Shown here: piece by piece, positions 26,482 through 39,042 of the stretch
Numbering within the stretch: position 1 is the first letter of the stretch
Layout of the letters: each line of letters begins with the position of its first letter
DNA from: Chara braunii
Lineage: Eukaryota > Plantae > Charophyceae
Direction: 5' to 3'
Length of the DNA stretch: 64,000 nucleotides
Assembly: GCA_003427395.1 (NCBI GenBank)
Contig: BFEA01000038.1
Location: 3,750,869 to 3,814,868, forward strand
The notes under the pieces: model-generated
Seen by the model: the letters and a program-made list of their open reading frames with translations, nothing else
Told to the model about the DNA's origin: nothing
Database searches by the model: none
Translations under genes and position numbers: made by a program

Positions 26482-27653
26482 CAGTGTTGTCACACGGGGA
26501 TCCCTGGGGCCCAAGCCGGGGTCGGGGTTTCACCCCCGGACCCCCGCCGGGAGGCTACCCGATCCCCACCCACGCTAAGACATCCCCCGCCCTCCGGTCT
26601 GTCTCTTATACACATCTAGATGTGTATAAGAGACAAATCTATTAGTGGGGAGCATCACCTGCTGGAAAACGGGTCCAGCGTCCCATAAAACAGATTAAAC
26701 AGATTTGCCCTGCCATAAGGAGAACTTTCCTGCCAGCATTGATTGCCCTGGCTTCCAGGGGATTAACTGAGCAGGAGATGACGGAAGGGGGGGGAACCTC
26801 TTCACCCAGAAACCGGCGCCAAATACCTGCTGCTATGTTCTAGCTCCTCCGTCCCCCTACCGTCCCATGGCTGTGTTTTTTTTTGGGAGAGCAGTTATAA
26901 GATTTTACGTTAGTTTGCTTGGAAGAAAGCAATGGGACAGGACCGTGATTACTCCGTCCCCGTCAAACCCCTCCCTCNNNNNNNNNNNNNNNNNNNNNNN
27001 NNNNNNNNNNNNNNNNNNNNNNNNNNNNNNNNNNNNNNNNNNNNNNNNNNNNNNNNNNNNNNNNNNNNNNNNNNNNNNNNNNNNNNNNNNNNNNNNNNNN
27101 NNNNNNNNNNNNNNNNNNNNNNNNNNNNNNNNNNNNNNNNNNNNNNNNNNNNNNNNNNNNNNNNNNNNNNNNNNNNNNNNNNNNNNNNNNNNNNNNNNNN
27201 NNNNNNNNNNNNNNNNNNNNNNNNNNNNNNNNNNNNNNNNNNNNNNNNNNNNNNNNNNNNNNNNNNNNNNNNNNNNNNNNNNNNNNNNNNNNNNNNNNNN
27301 NNNNNNNNNNNNNNNNNNNNNNNNNNNNNNNNNNNNNNNNNNNNNNNNNNNNNNNNNNNNNNNNNNNNNNNNNNNNNNNNNNNNNNNNNNNNNNNNNNNN
27401 NNNNNNNNNNNNNGCACCGGCAGCTACCCCAGTCCCCCCAGAGGTGGGTGTGGCCCCGGGGGGGTCAAGGGTGGGGCACAAAACCCCATTTTTGGGGCTT
27501 AGCCCACGGGGTGCGCGCTCTCGCTGCGCATCCCCCACAATTTTTTTATTTATTATTATTTTTTTTAATATTTTGGGGGGGGGGGTCCTGAGCCGGGGTT
27601 AGGGGTGCCCATCCCCGGAGCCCCCGAACCCCGGGCGGGGCTCGATAACCCTG
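26482..27653. mobile_element. hAT-type non-autonomous element (interior misassembled)
   Basis: 8-bp TSD CTTATAAG (26474-26481, 27654-27661); termini CAGTGTTGTC / GATAACCCTG; GC-rich CCCCGG subterminal repeats. Confidence 0.85.
26599..26635. other. Nextera mate-pair junction adapter (assembly artefact)
   Basis: CTGTCTCTTATACACATCT+AGATGTGTATAAGAGACA, two Tn5 mosaic ends back to back. Confidence 0.98.
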
Positions 27654-28499
27654 CTTATAAGGGTATTTGCTACAACAGCGTCCTAACCACAATTAGTTGG
27701 GGAATCAAGTTCTTGCAAAACCGAGGAAAAAATAATGGGGGCACTTATGCAGTTAGCCCTTAGGTCCATCCGACCGCCCCGAGGTTTGGTCGTGTAGAAA
27801 GTCGCGCCCATCAAAAGATAGATCGTCACATGTGTGACACCCAGGGGGTTCTAATCTTATGCAAGTTCCTGCTGGCACGCAGCATGCTTATGGCTATGGG
27901 TAGTATGGGGAGGAAGGAGAGGAAGAAGAAGAAGAGAAGAAGAAGGAGGCCATAATGTCGCGATCCGAATGTGAAAGGGTCGTTATCTCCCATGTGATCC
28001 CGATTCCCGTTCTGCCGCAATCATTGTTGTTGCTGCTGCCTCGGCGGATATGGCACTCTCAAGACGGATGGTGGGGAAGGAGGATGAGATTGGGGGAGCG
28101 GAGGGAAAAATCTTGTGCCAGCCCTGGCACCCTAGTGGGAATGTCGGCATAGCACACCATCCATGGACTTGAGGAAAGCGATGCCCACGGTTAGGGAGAG
28201 AGGTGAGGTAGTTTGCATAGAAGGTGCAAAACGTACGCAGGATAATGGTGCAAAATTGTTCATAGTTGTCACATGTGGGGATCGTCCCCATAATTATGCA
28301 ATAGACTTAAATATTATTGATGTCTCGCCATACGATGTTGAAAAGGAGGATATGAAGACAAAAGGAAGAGACGAGGGAATGGGTGGCCGAGTGAGGGAAG
28401 ATGGTATAAATAAGGTGGGTAGCATAGAAGTGGTAGAACCAGGATGGAGTGAAAGGGTGCCAACTTCCAAGTAGCGGGGAATGGTTGGCGACCCTCGAC

Positions 28500-29500
28500 C
28501 TGGTAAAGGCTAAGGTAGTCAAGGGGACGACGGGATAATGACCGGGGACGTTGCTCGATTGTCAGCATGTCGACGTATGCAAACTGCGGCGCGGGTGAGT
28601 GAAGAGGGAGAGGGGCTTCAGACTCTTCTTCTGCTGCATTCCGCTCCCACGGTGCCGACATCGCGTAATTCTTAGTCTATTTGAATTCCAATTTCCATTT
28701 TACGTCTTCGAAAGAAACAAATATTGATTTTGTCATAAATTCGACAGAAGGATTGGCTATGAATCAGATACTTTGTAGGCATCTTAGAATCTCTTGTGGG
28801 GTCGTCAGATATCGGTAGTTGTGATGGTCCCACTGATTGATGGATAGGTTGCTTCCCTTTTGCGCGCTCTTTCGCTCGTCTATCGGCCGCTTCTTCTATC
28901 ACGGTACGTTCCTCCTTTGATTCTTCCTCCAATTGCTCACTATAATCATGATCACTAGATCTCGATTCGGCACTCTCTCCTGATTCACTCTCTGATGTGA
29001 TTATGGCCAGTGATTTAGCGAAGTGCTAGAAATACGGGTCAATCACTTCCTCCAGGTCCAAGTACTTGTTTGTCTATAGGTAATAGTGGTTCTGATCGTC
29101 GTTCTCATAGCAACACGTCCACAACAGTTGCGGTATTAGCATCCTCTCTAAACTCTAGAGTGACATGCGCGAGACTCTGATCACTCCGGACGATGATATC
29201 TAGAGACAGATCGTCGAGGAGTTGCGCGAGGAACACATGCAGCTCCCTTGTAATTGGTCCAAGATGGTCGGGCCCCACCGATCCGAACAAGATTCCTAAC
29301 AGCTCCCCTTCCGTGTCCGTTCTCCAAGCCTAAACGATCAACAACTTGACCTCGTGGTTAGGGATCTCCTCCTCATCCCTGCTCGGACTAATGAAACACT
29401 ATCTGTACCAGGCAGAAACTAAGTGTCACGTAAGCTTCCAACCACTCCGACCACCTTTCACCTTTGATAATTGGCATTGGTAATGCCTCAACCTGGAAGG
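28500..29500 (-). pseudogene. Decayed accessory ORF 3' of the Gypsy integrase
   Basis: Same strand as pol; interrupted reading LLIV*AWRTDTEGELLGILFGSV...ITRELHVFLAQLLDDLSLDI, then charged EEAADRRAKERAKGKQPI. Confidence 0.5.
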
Positions 29501-29879
29501 ATAGATGCAAATGGATGGGGGACTACCGGAAGGGAGGAAAGTCTAACGACAGACTGAATGTGGAGAACCGGTGTTGGCTCATTAAGGCAGTGCAAATGGG
29601 ACAAGCTCTAGGAGAACTATATCCGGCTCCATACGGTGCACCCAGATCTAATGCACGCCGATGTTGTCCGTTTGGATGATCTGATCCCCTGGGCGTGGGA
29701 GCCTCGGCCACCACATGTTCGCCAATTCTCGTGCCCACACCCTCAGTTGATTGAACGTGCTCATATGAAGGCCCTCGTCGAGTGTGGCAATGTCTCAGCT
29801 GAAATAGACGATCACCGTGATATGGTTGACCCCCGAGGTAGAAAGCTGCAGAAAAGCCGACACAGCGGCCAATATCCTC

Positions 29880-30575
29880 CAACAGAAAAATTCCCACGAG
29901 AAATGAAAGTTGAAAAAACATTCCATAAAAACGAAAATCCTGCATATTTGTAAATTATCATTCCAATGTTCGTCTAATTATAAAATTTTCACTTTAATTT
30001 GATAAGTTCCCGTCTAAATATGAGTTTTCCCTTCCAACTACATCTATTTGTTCAAGATGGAATGGAAGTGTGGACAAGTTTATGAAATGTTTTAATTAAA
30101 TTTTTATTCTACTAAAACAAATATCTTCTAATTTAGATTGGATTAACCTATTTATGACTGAAAATCCTTACTTAGAATGACAGGCCAATTCAAATATTTC
30201 ATGAACTCATCCAGACTTTCATTCCATCTCTAGCATGGAAGTGTGGACAAGTTTATGAAATGTTTTAATTAAATTTTTATTCTACTAAAACAAATATCTT
30301 CTAATTTAGATTGGATTAACCTATTTATGACTGAAAATCCTTACTTAGAATGACAGGCCAATTCAAATATTTCATGAACTCATCCAGACTTTCATTCCAT
30401 CTCTAGCATGCAGTCCAAATAAGAAGGGATACCCTATTCTTGGAATAAAAATTTGCAAGTAAGATAAAAAAAATTAAAATTGGAATGACATTTTTTAAGA
30501 TGGAATGAAAATTTGAAATTTAGATTGTAATTTTACTATAGAATGATTATTTAATTCTAGGAAATTTTTCCGTTG
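29880..30575 (+). mobile_element. CAAC..GTTG MITE, TSD TC, with 173-bp internal tandem duplication
   Basis: tc-CAACAGAAAAATTCC ... GGAAATTTTTCCGTTG-tc; 30062-30234 repeated at 30235-30407. Confidence 0.92.
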
Positions 30576-31389
30576 TCCCTCGATTCGCACTGGTGGGCAA
30601 ATCGGAACCTAGCTGCCTCGTATACATCGGCTGTACTGAAAGACTGTGCGAATCGAAAAAGGTTCGGGCTGTGTCGTGAATGGTACACCTGCTGACTAGA
30701 AGAGATGAATCCTCGCAACGTCAACATGTGTTGGTTGATTACTTGTTCTGACCCAGAACTCATTGCAATGGTAGGGAAGGTGAGGGCGAGACTCTTGGAG
30801 AGAGAGAAAGAAGAGATGCACGGTCCTCCGTACTCCACTTCGAGGACATGCACGAGCCAGGAGGGGAGGTAGGAGAGGAGGTAGATAAGGGACGAAGATA
30901 GGACAAGTGGCAGATGATCAGTTGTGTTGATTGACTGTCCGACAGGGCCGACACCCCTGAAGCGAGTCGCACCGTGTTCACTCAATTAAAACCAAGCTTG
31001 ACTATGCGGAACTCGCCAAAGAATTGTGCCACCAACTTTCTTTAACGAGCACATTTCCTCACCTGCACGATGTCCCCTAATTTATATTGGGGCCGACGCC
31101 TAGCATTTTCGTTCCTGGCTAACTTCGGACCAATCGACCTTGGCCTAGCTCGGTCATCTGCTGTCTTTTCCGGGCTAACCGAAGGAGGGCCCATTTCATT
31201 AAATCTAAGTGTCGTTTGGCTTTTTCCATAGTCCTCGCCCTCGTATATCGTCGAACCAATGTTTGTTCATATTTTAGGAACGGTGGAGAGACGCAAGCCA
31301 GACTATTGGTGCGTAGTTGAAACGGGCACAAACCTGTGGACTTGTGGGGGATGCCTCGATGGATGGCTATGATGTGATCTACAATATCG

Positions 31390-34300
31390 GGTTAGGACCT
31401 CGTGTCTATAGCCACCATATTCTGTCGTGGAGTGGTCTTAATTCTCCAGTTCGGGTTTTGTACAAGGTCGTTCGATTGAGGCATATGGGGTGTGCTGTTC
31501 CGAATGGAGACACCATGTGCGACTAGGGTCCTCATAAGTTCTCCCCGGAATTCTGCGCCATTATCCGTTAAGATTTCCTCGGTATCCTGATGCATTCCAA
31601 GGAAGTGGTTGACGTATCGCACAATTTCTGTTGTCTGTCTCATTCTACATGGGTAGTCCTCGATCCATTTAGAGAAATGATATACAAACACAAGTAGGAC
31701 CAGGAGGGACCGCAATATATGTTGCATCCCTGCTAACCCTCTGAAATGGTCGTTCGACGACAGTCAGCATAATGGATCTTGTCAGTTGAATTGACGCCTT
31801 CTCAACCGAGCAGGCCGGGCAATTCTTGACGATGAATTCAACATTGTCCTGAATATTGGACCATTAACATTCATTTTTGTCAATAGTTGATTCTGTGATT
31901 TTGACAGCAAAATGTGCGGCCGTCTCCTCGTGTGCCGACTTAACCTAGTCATATCTGATGAATGGGTGCGGTAAGATCATCGAGATGCCGCTTCCGTTAC
32001 GCTTCCGTTTTTCTAACCTCCCCTCGTTCCATCTATAATCTCGCGCCCTCTCATTGGCCCGTCTACGATCTCCCTTTGAATACATGTGGAGAGGGTTTCC
32101 TACGACTGTTGCCATCAAAACGACATTTGTCCAAAATTCGGCACGCCTAAACCTTTGCGTCTTTTCTTGTTCTTGAGGTAGCTTCGAGGAATCCAGCTTC
32201 CATCAGAATTTTATTTGTTCAGTATAAAGGACAAAGCCACGACTTCTGAGGGTTTCTATGTTGGATACATGATCCATGAGTTTTTGATACACACGTGTCG
32301 CAGTCTACTCAATCTACATACCCTTGTATATGTGGATGCATAGGGACAGAAAAGACTTTCGAGACGACTTCAAAAAAATAGCAGAATTTGTCGCCCAAGG
32401 AAAGGAAAGAAGAGGAAGTGGGGGAGAAACATGTCCCGTCATTACCTTCCTTGTTGGCCGTCATAATACCACATATCACTTTCTTGCAGGCCGAGGGAGG
32501 ATCTTCACTCCTCCGTACGTTGGTCCCTTGGGAGACTCCGGATCCTTCCCCGGAACGATATCTTCGCCTCTGGGAACCTTGCCTGGTCGATGTAATCTTG
32601 TCAATCCATCGGTGTTCGTGTGTTTTTCGAGCTTCTTGTGGATCATGGCATAATCATATTCCTATAGCCTCACCACCCAACGCCCAATCGTGCCCGTAAA
32701 ATTGGTCAGCTTCTTGAGGGTCAGCAAAACTTCGTGATCGGTAACCAACATAAACTTTTGTCCGTACAGATACAGGTGGAATTGTTGGATTCCTCAGACC
32801 ACTGAGTAGCAGTCTCCCTGAGGTGTCGAGTCGTTGCATCGCTTGTCAGACAATGTTCGGGACACATACTCGATAACGTATTCCTTGTCGTCCTTCCTCT
32901 TCTGTGCCAAGATAGCGGAGATGGCTTCTAGTTGCCAATCGGTGATAAGTATGAGCTGCTTTGAAATTCCTGGATAAAGCCGGATTAAAATGGGTGTCGA
33001 GGTCAATTTGAAAGCATTTTTCAATATGAAAAATGCTTGCTCGCACCCCTCCTCCTAGTGCAGCGGCTGTTTTTTCCCTAGTAGATTTGCCAGGGGTTAT
33101 GTGATCACCGCGAAGTCCTTGGTAAATTAACGACAGTACAAGGCCAACCCCAAAAAGACCCGGACCTGTGTCATCGACGTGGGCATGGGTGCGTTTGAAC
33201 TGCCTCGAGTTTTCGTGGATCTGGTCTCAAACCCTCGTGTGTGACAATATACCCGAGAAACGAGATCTCCGAATGGAAGAACTCGCTTTTCTCAAGGACA
33301 ATTTTCAATCAGCGTCTCTCAAGGCTCCCAACGTTCACTCCACATGTTGAGCGTGTTCGTGAAATGAATCAGAATACACCAAGATGTTGTCTATGCATAT
33401 AATGACACAGAAGTCGATCATGCTCTCTATCAGTCGTGTCTTGTTGACAAAATTTTGAAAGGTGATGTTCATCACTCTCTGAAAGTTTGTTGCTGCGTTG
33501 CATATGCCCATAGGGCAACGGATCCATTGCCACGTTTCCTCGAACAAAACGAAGTTCAACGTCGTTTTCGGTCTATCTTCCTCCTTCATTAGGATATGGT
33601 GAAAGTCGTGACGAATATCAAATATGCTAAAATAGCTGGCACATCGAATCGCATCCAACAAATCATCAATCTTGGGTAGGGGATACACATCCTTAATCGT
33701 GATATCGTTCAATTTCCGATAATCAATGCGAATGCGGATTGACCCGTCCTTAGAATATCGACAATTGTCTACTGAATGTCGTTGGTTACATGCTTTGGCA
33801 CGTGTAATGCGTAGGGTTGTCCAATGATTATGACTTTCATCTACTTCGTGGGGGTCGGTGTCACACTTCGAGGTGGGGGAGATGAAATGAACGAATTGTC
33901 TGATCACTAAGGGGACCCAGTGACAATCATATGAGCGTCAACTTTTGTGATCGCCACGTGTTCTTCAGGGGAAGTTCGGGGGTAATCCCATCTTCCTCGT
34001 CCCAAAGGTCCACTACTTTTTCGGTATTTTAATCCTGATTTCGTACGAGGAGGTTTCGAACCGCTCAGGGGGTTCCAGAGGTTGTGCTACAGTGGCTTGA
34101 TGATGCATGGACATTTTTTCCCTGAAGTGAGTAGTCATTAGGGGGCCAGTTCCATAATGTCATAAAATGATTTTTTGTCCAGATAGTGAGGCAACGAGGC
34201 TCATAGCATCGTATAAAGTTGAAGCAGGTTCCAAAGAGTCTGGCAACCTTGAAATTTTCACGAGTGGCTCCCCCAGAATGAATGTATGTGCACACTGAAA

Positions 34301-35000
34301 CCTTTTTAGCATCGCATTGGTCATAGTTTTCGTTATTACAAACGTCTTAGTTGCCTTTTGGCGGATCGAGTAACATAGTATCCTGCGCGTCCACTCATAA
34401 ACGGCCTTAGCTACGTCGGGATCTTCTTCATTACTAGAATCTGTGTGAAGCAAGGCAACGAATCCATCGTTTGCATCCTCCGCTTGGTCCGATTCGTCCG
34501 TCAATTCATCCAACAAGATCATCTAGATGCATCCCGCAACGTCTGCGAAATCTTGGGGTTTACTGAAGACCATATGGAGGGTGAGGCGCATTGGAACGCT
34601 GTACGGTTTCCTTTCCGTGTTTTTAAGGACCACTATCCGTCGTTCAAAATCCAGACTGACTCGTAATGCATTGAGGGCAGGCAATCCAATAAGCACGTCA
34701 TACGAGGTCATGTTAAGGACTATCACATCCCCAAGGACGTGAACCTTCCCTATTCGGAAGCCAACATTCGACGTCCATCCTGCTGCTCTGATTTTTCCTT
34801 TGTCAGCCGGAATGAGGTGGTCACCCTCGGGGATTGGGATTACATCTTTTTTTCTCCTTATTCGTTCGACCAGTTGAAGCGATATGGCCTGCATAGCCGC
34901 TCTTGAATGATAAGTTAACGGCGTTGTACGACATTTTTCATACTTCCATGTTGCATTCTGCAGACTTCCACAGAATGGGTATGATTCGCAGAAAGTGATC
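31390..35000 (-). mobile_element. Degenerate Ty3/Gypsy pol (PR-RT-RNase H-INT)
   Basis: PR tail YDVLIGLPAL (34523-34894). RT IDYRKLNDITIKDVYPLPKIDDLLD and CPMGICNA, with YxDD decayed to CIDN (33335-33907). RNase H LITDW...AILAQ...VIEYVSRTLS (32794-33024). Integrase HHCC remnant (~31810-31935) and core ILTDNGAEF...PQSN (31392-31727). Confidence 0.95.
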
Positions 35001-35460
35001 AGTTTTTCAAATTACACCTACGCGTACAGGTTTTGAGGTGCTCATTGCGTCTAGTTTTCGTAATGACCGTGCGTTTTGCGAGAGCAAAAACACTTTCTGT
35101 TGGCCTTGCAGTGTTGTAACATGCGATCATTGGCCTTTTCTGAGATAGATCAGAGATCTTCGATCAGGAGGGGGACACAATGATCCAATGCTCTAACTAT
35201 TTCGAGCACATCGATTTCTCCGGTAACACAGGTCGGTTCACTTGATTCCGTTTCACTGGGCGTAGGCCTCCATTATGAAACTTCTCATTCGTCAACGGAC
35301 GGTTGAAGGGTTCCTACCATTCCCAATCCCGGGTATCCTAATGTGATGTATTGGTCGAGGGGGATGAGTTCAGCGGCCTCATCTATGGTGGCAGTTGGGG
35401 CTCATACCCTGTTCGTCTCTTCCATCATCGAGAGAAGGTTAACAACAGTCGTATTTTTCA

Positions 35461-35860
35461 TCACCACTTCAGAACACACTTCACCACTTCAGGATGCAGC
35501 CTGCCTAAACAGGTGGTTTTCAGGGTCTTCGGACCTTTCACCACTTCAGGACCATTCAGGTATGAAAATCCTGAATGATCTCGAAGTGGTGAAAGCTCCG
35601 AAGACCTGAAAACCACCTGTTTAGGCAGGTTGCATCCTTAAGTGATGAATGGTGGTTTTCATGGTCTTCGGACCTTTCACCACTTCGGGACCATTCAGGA
35701 TTTTCATACTGCCCAAAACTCTCACTTGACCACTTCAGGACACCTTTCCACTTCAGGATGCAGCCTGCCTAAACAGGTGGTTTTCAAGGTCTTCGGACCT
35801 TTCACCATTTCAGGACTATTCAGGATTTTCAGACTGCCCAAAACTCTCACTTCAGAATTT
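35461..35860. repeat. Tandem plus fold-back repeat of a ~75-100-bp unit
   Basis: 35485-35560 is inverted at 35570-35644; direct copies at ~35651-35735 and ~35748-35855. Confidence 0.9.
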
Positions 35861-36273
35861 TCATTCCTGAATTTTCAGCTACCCGATAACCGCTTCTGCC
35901 ACCATCGACCCAACTCGTCTAGGTATATTTATCACATGCGCTGCTGCAGTGGGAGTTGCTCCTATTCGAGCCTGCAGGGGTCGATTGGAACGCTCCCGTG
36001 CTATATGTCTAGGTTGATGACATGTGTAATAGTCGTCCGTTCTTATGGCAGCCCCTGCAGCGGGTCCCCCTGTCGCTTGTGACTACTAGTTCCCGTGGCA
36101 AACGCTGTGGTTCGAAAGATAATAGGGCGCATTGAGCTTACGCTACTAAATATGCGGGTAGATAGTACGAGGTATGTTGGTAGCTAGTGTGAGGTATACC
36201 ATATTGAGAGAAGGAAACATAGAATAGTGAAAAGAACAAACGACCCCCATATGACGAGAAGAAAACTTAACGG

Positions 36274-36305
<32 letters not shown>

Positions 36306-36785
36306 AATCTGTTTAGGAACTATGAGAGGGGCATGAGTGAAAGCGACTTGGTTTGTTGGGGGAGAGGAAGGGAAGATAACCGCATAAAGGAGATGGCAAG
36401 GAAGAGCTACACCAGCAGCATTCAGTAGACGAGAGGAGCAAAGGATCACCATCCAAGTCGTAAAGGAGATCCAAGGAAAGGCATTGGCTTATAACGGAGA
36501 TTGACAAGTTTCACCGCCAAAACCCCAAAATTAAGGGGTTCAAAAAGACGTTCAACTTATTTAAGGAAGGGTGGGTGAGTAAAGAACAAAAGAAGGATAA
36601 TGGGAGCTAAAGGGGACGAGGAGAGGAGGTCGGGAAGAAACAACAAACACAACAAAAATTCTATAATAATAATATATACAGTTTAGTTGCTTACCACTGA
36701 TAACGATTGAAGTACCACAGAGGTCCAGCAATCATCAGCGTTATCTGCTTGAAGACGCCCATTTTGTATGGCAGTTGTGCAGGAG

Positions 36786-36788
<3 letters not shown>

Positions 36789-36873
<85 letters not shown>

Positions 36874-37067
36874 NNNNNNNNNNNNNNNNNNNNNNNNNNN
36901 NNNNNNNNNNNNNNNNNNNNNNNNNNNNNNNNNNNNNNNNNNNNNNNNNNNNNNNNNNNNNNNNNNNNNNNNNNNNNNNNNNNNNNNNNNNNNNNNNNNN
37001 NNNNNNNNNNNNNNNNNNNNNNNNNNNNNNNNNNNNNNNNNNNNNNNNNNNNNNNNNNNNNNNNNNN

Positions 37068-37117
<50 letters not shown>
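36789..37117. repeat. (GA)n microsatellite spanning gap 36874-37067
   Basis: Direct reading. Confidence 0.97.
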
Positions 37118-37119
<2 letters not shown>

Positions 37120-37189
37120 CTGAGGCAGAGCAGAGAGGTCGGGGAAGAGAGAGGGAGGGAGGGAGACCACATAGACACACTCACTTAAC

Positions 37190-38010
37190 TCAACACGGAC
37201 TCGACAGGACTCGACGAACTCCCACTGCTTTTTCTTATCGTCTTGCATTAAGTTTACCAAGGTTTGTGTAGGATCGAGTGGGGCACTTGATTCGTCTGTC
37301 TTCTTCTCCACCGGTGTAGGCACTGTAGGTGGCGTAGGGGTGGTGGTTGGTGATGGCACAACGTTCAGACCAGGGATAGTTCTTTTGGCTGCCATTTGTT
37401 ATAGGTAAGTGATGAGTCCGGAGACAAAGCCCATATTTTCAAACTTATCTCGGAGGGTGGTCAGTTCTGCTTTAGCGAAAGTTTAGCCCGAGCTAATTTT
37501 GTGGAATCGCCTTCCTTGGAGAGATCCTCGCCTTTTGAAAAACTAGCGGCAATTTTTTTTTCCATTTCCTCAGCTGCATCCATGATTTGTTGGATGGTGT
37601 GGGTGTTGGGGGAAACTGCTACCACAACTTAGCCCTCATCGCCCGACTCTTGAGAGGTCAATGAACAAATCGCGTGCTTGATAAAACCAACTACGATACT
37701 TTGCGATAGATTTGAGGGTTTTCTTCACCCGGTCCTTGATAATAAAAAACGCCTGCTCCGGGTGAATATAATCAAACCGATGCAAGAAATCATTTTTCAA
37801 GGGTAGGAGGTCTATGCATACGTAAGTGTCAAACCAGTGCTGCGCATCTCCTCCTCATTGGGCTGAAATGTTAATTTAGGCCTCATTGTTGTCGTATTGA
37901 TGTGCTCAGAGGGTGGCTAGCCATGCTCCAGCCAAGTGATGCATCGGATCAAACAAGTATAGATCGAGGGGGGTAGTCGGTGCGCGAGGGCACAGGTGTT
38001 AACGCCACGT
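37190..38010 (-). pseudogene. Possible decayed gag region upstream of the Gypsy pol
   Basis: Position and strand relative to pol; fragmented, Pro/Thr-rich reading; no decisive motif. Confidence 0.3.
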
Positions 38011-39015
38011 GTCCAGCCAGATTTGGTGCCGCCTTTTGATTAGCATTCATTGCCTGGTTGGTGTTCATGTTGGCTGCCTATCGTCCTGCGGACCTGCTTC
38101 GGGTGATTATTGCATCGTACGTCTGCACTTCTTTATTTTACACCGTCCTCGACCAACGCTCGTTAGATCGATTGGATATGGGACCGAACGATTTGTTAGT
38201 CTTTAGACTTTACATGTGTCAGCTCGAATACCAATCTCACGTCGAGCACAACTTCCTGATCGGAGTGGGAGCGGACCCAGAAGTGCGAAAGGGGTGACAT
38301 TGTGCCAAGGATTTTAGGAAAGTGGGATGGAGTCCCTGGTCGGAACAGGAATCTCCTGTGTCGAAGTTCCATGGACAAAAATGCAAAGTGGTTCGGGCAG
38401 GTAGGCGACTTTATCAACTAGCGCCTCCCATGGTCGGATATTCTGGATGGTTGGGTTTGAGTTTATATATGGTTAAGCGGTGACGGGGGGAATGACGACG
38501 AGCCCGGGCTCAACGAACACCCGAAACGTGTGTGTTTGTGTGTGTTTTTAATTTTATATTCTTAGCATGGTGTAACGCGTGGTGCGTGGGATGCATCCTA
38601 GTCGACCGACAACGAGTCGCACTTGGGACTTCAGCCCCCCAATGCGTAAATTCCCGTGCGGGTCCGATAGAGGAGTGAAAACGCACGTACCCCCTATGCT
38701 ACAGCCGACGAGAAACACCCTCGGCTGGCCCACCTCTGCGATTGCAACTGATTAGCTCTCGTATTGTGGACTGGTAGCTCGCCGGGATACGCCCACCAAA
38801 GGGAGGTGACAACTCCTGCATGTGGAGGTAAATTGTCCTCGCGTAGGCCTTATCCTGTCCTAGGGGCTCGCGAAAGGTATGGCTGGCACAATCGGCCGGA
38901 GCGGCAACGGAAGCTCCATTTGTACCGCGATATGACCAACTCCTCCGTGACACTGTCGGGAGAGTCCCCTCCTGCGGGACCGATGCGCTCGACACCGGTC
39001 GGCCGAGACTCGGAC

Positions 39016-39042
39016 TCGATAGCTGGGCCAAGTACTGGTGGT
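39016..39042. mobile_element. Orphan right TIR of the TTAA family
   Basis: TCGATAGCTGGGCCAAGTACTGGTGGT-ttaa differs by one base from the reverse complement of 1961-1987. Confidence 0.75.
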
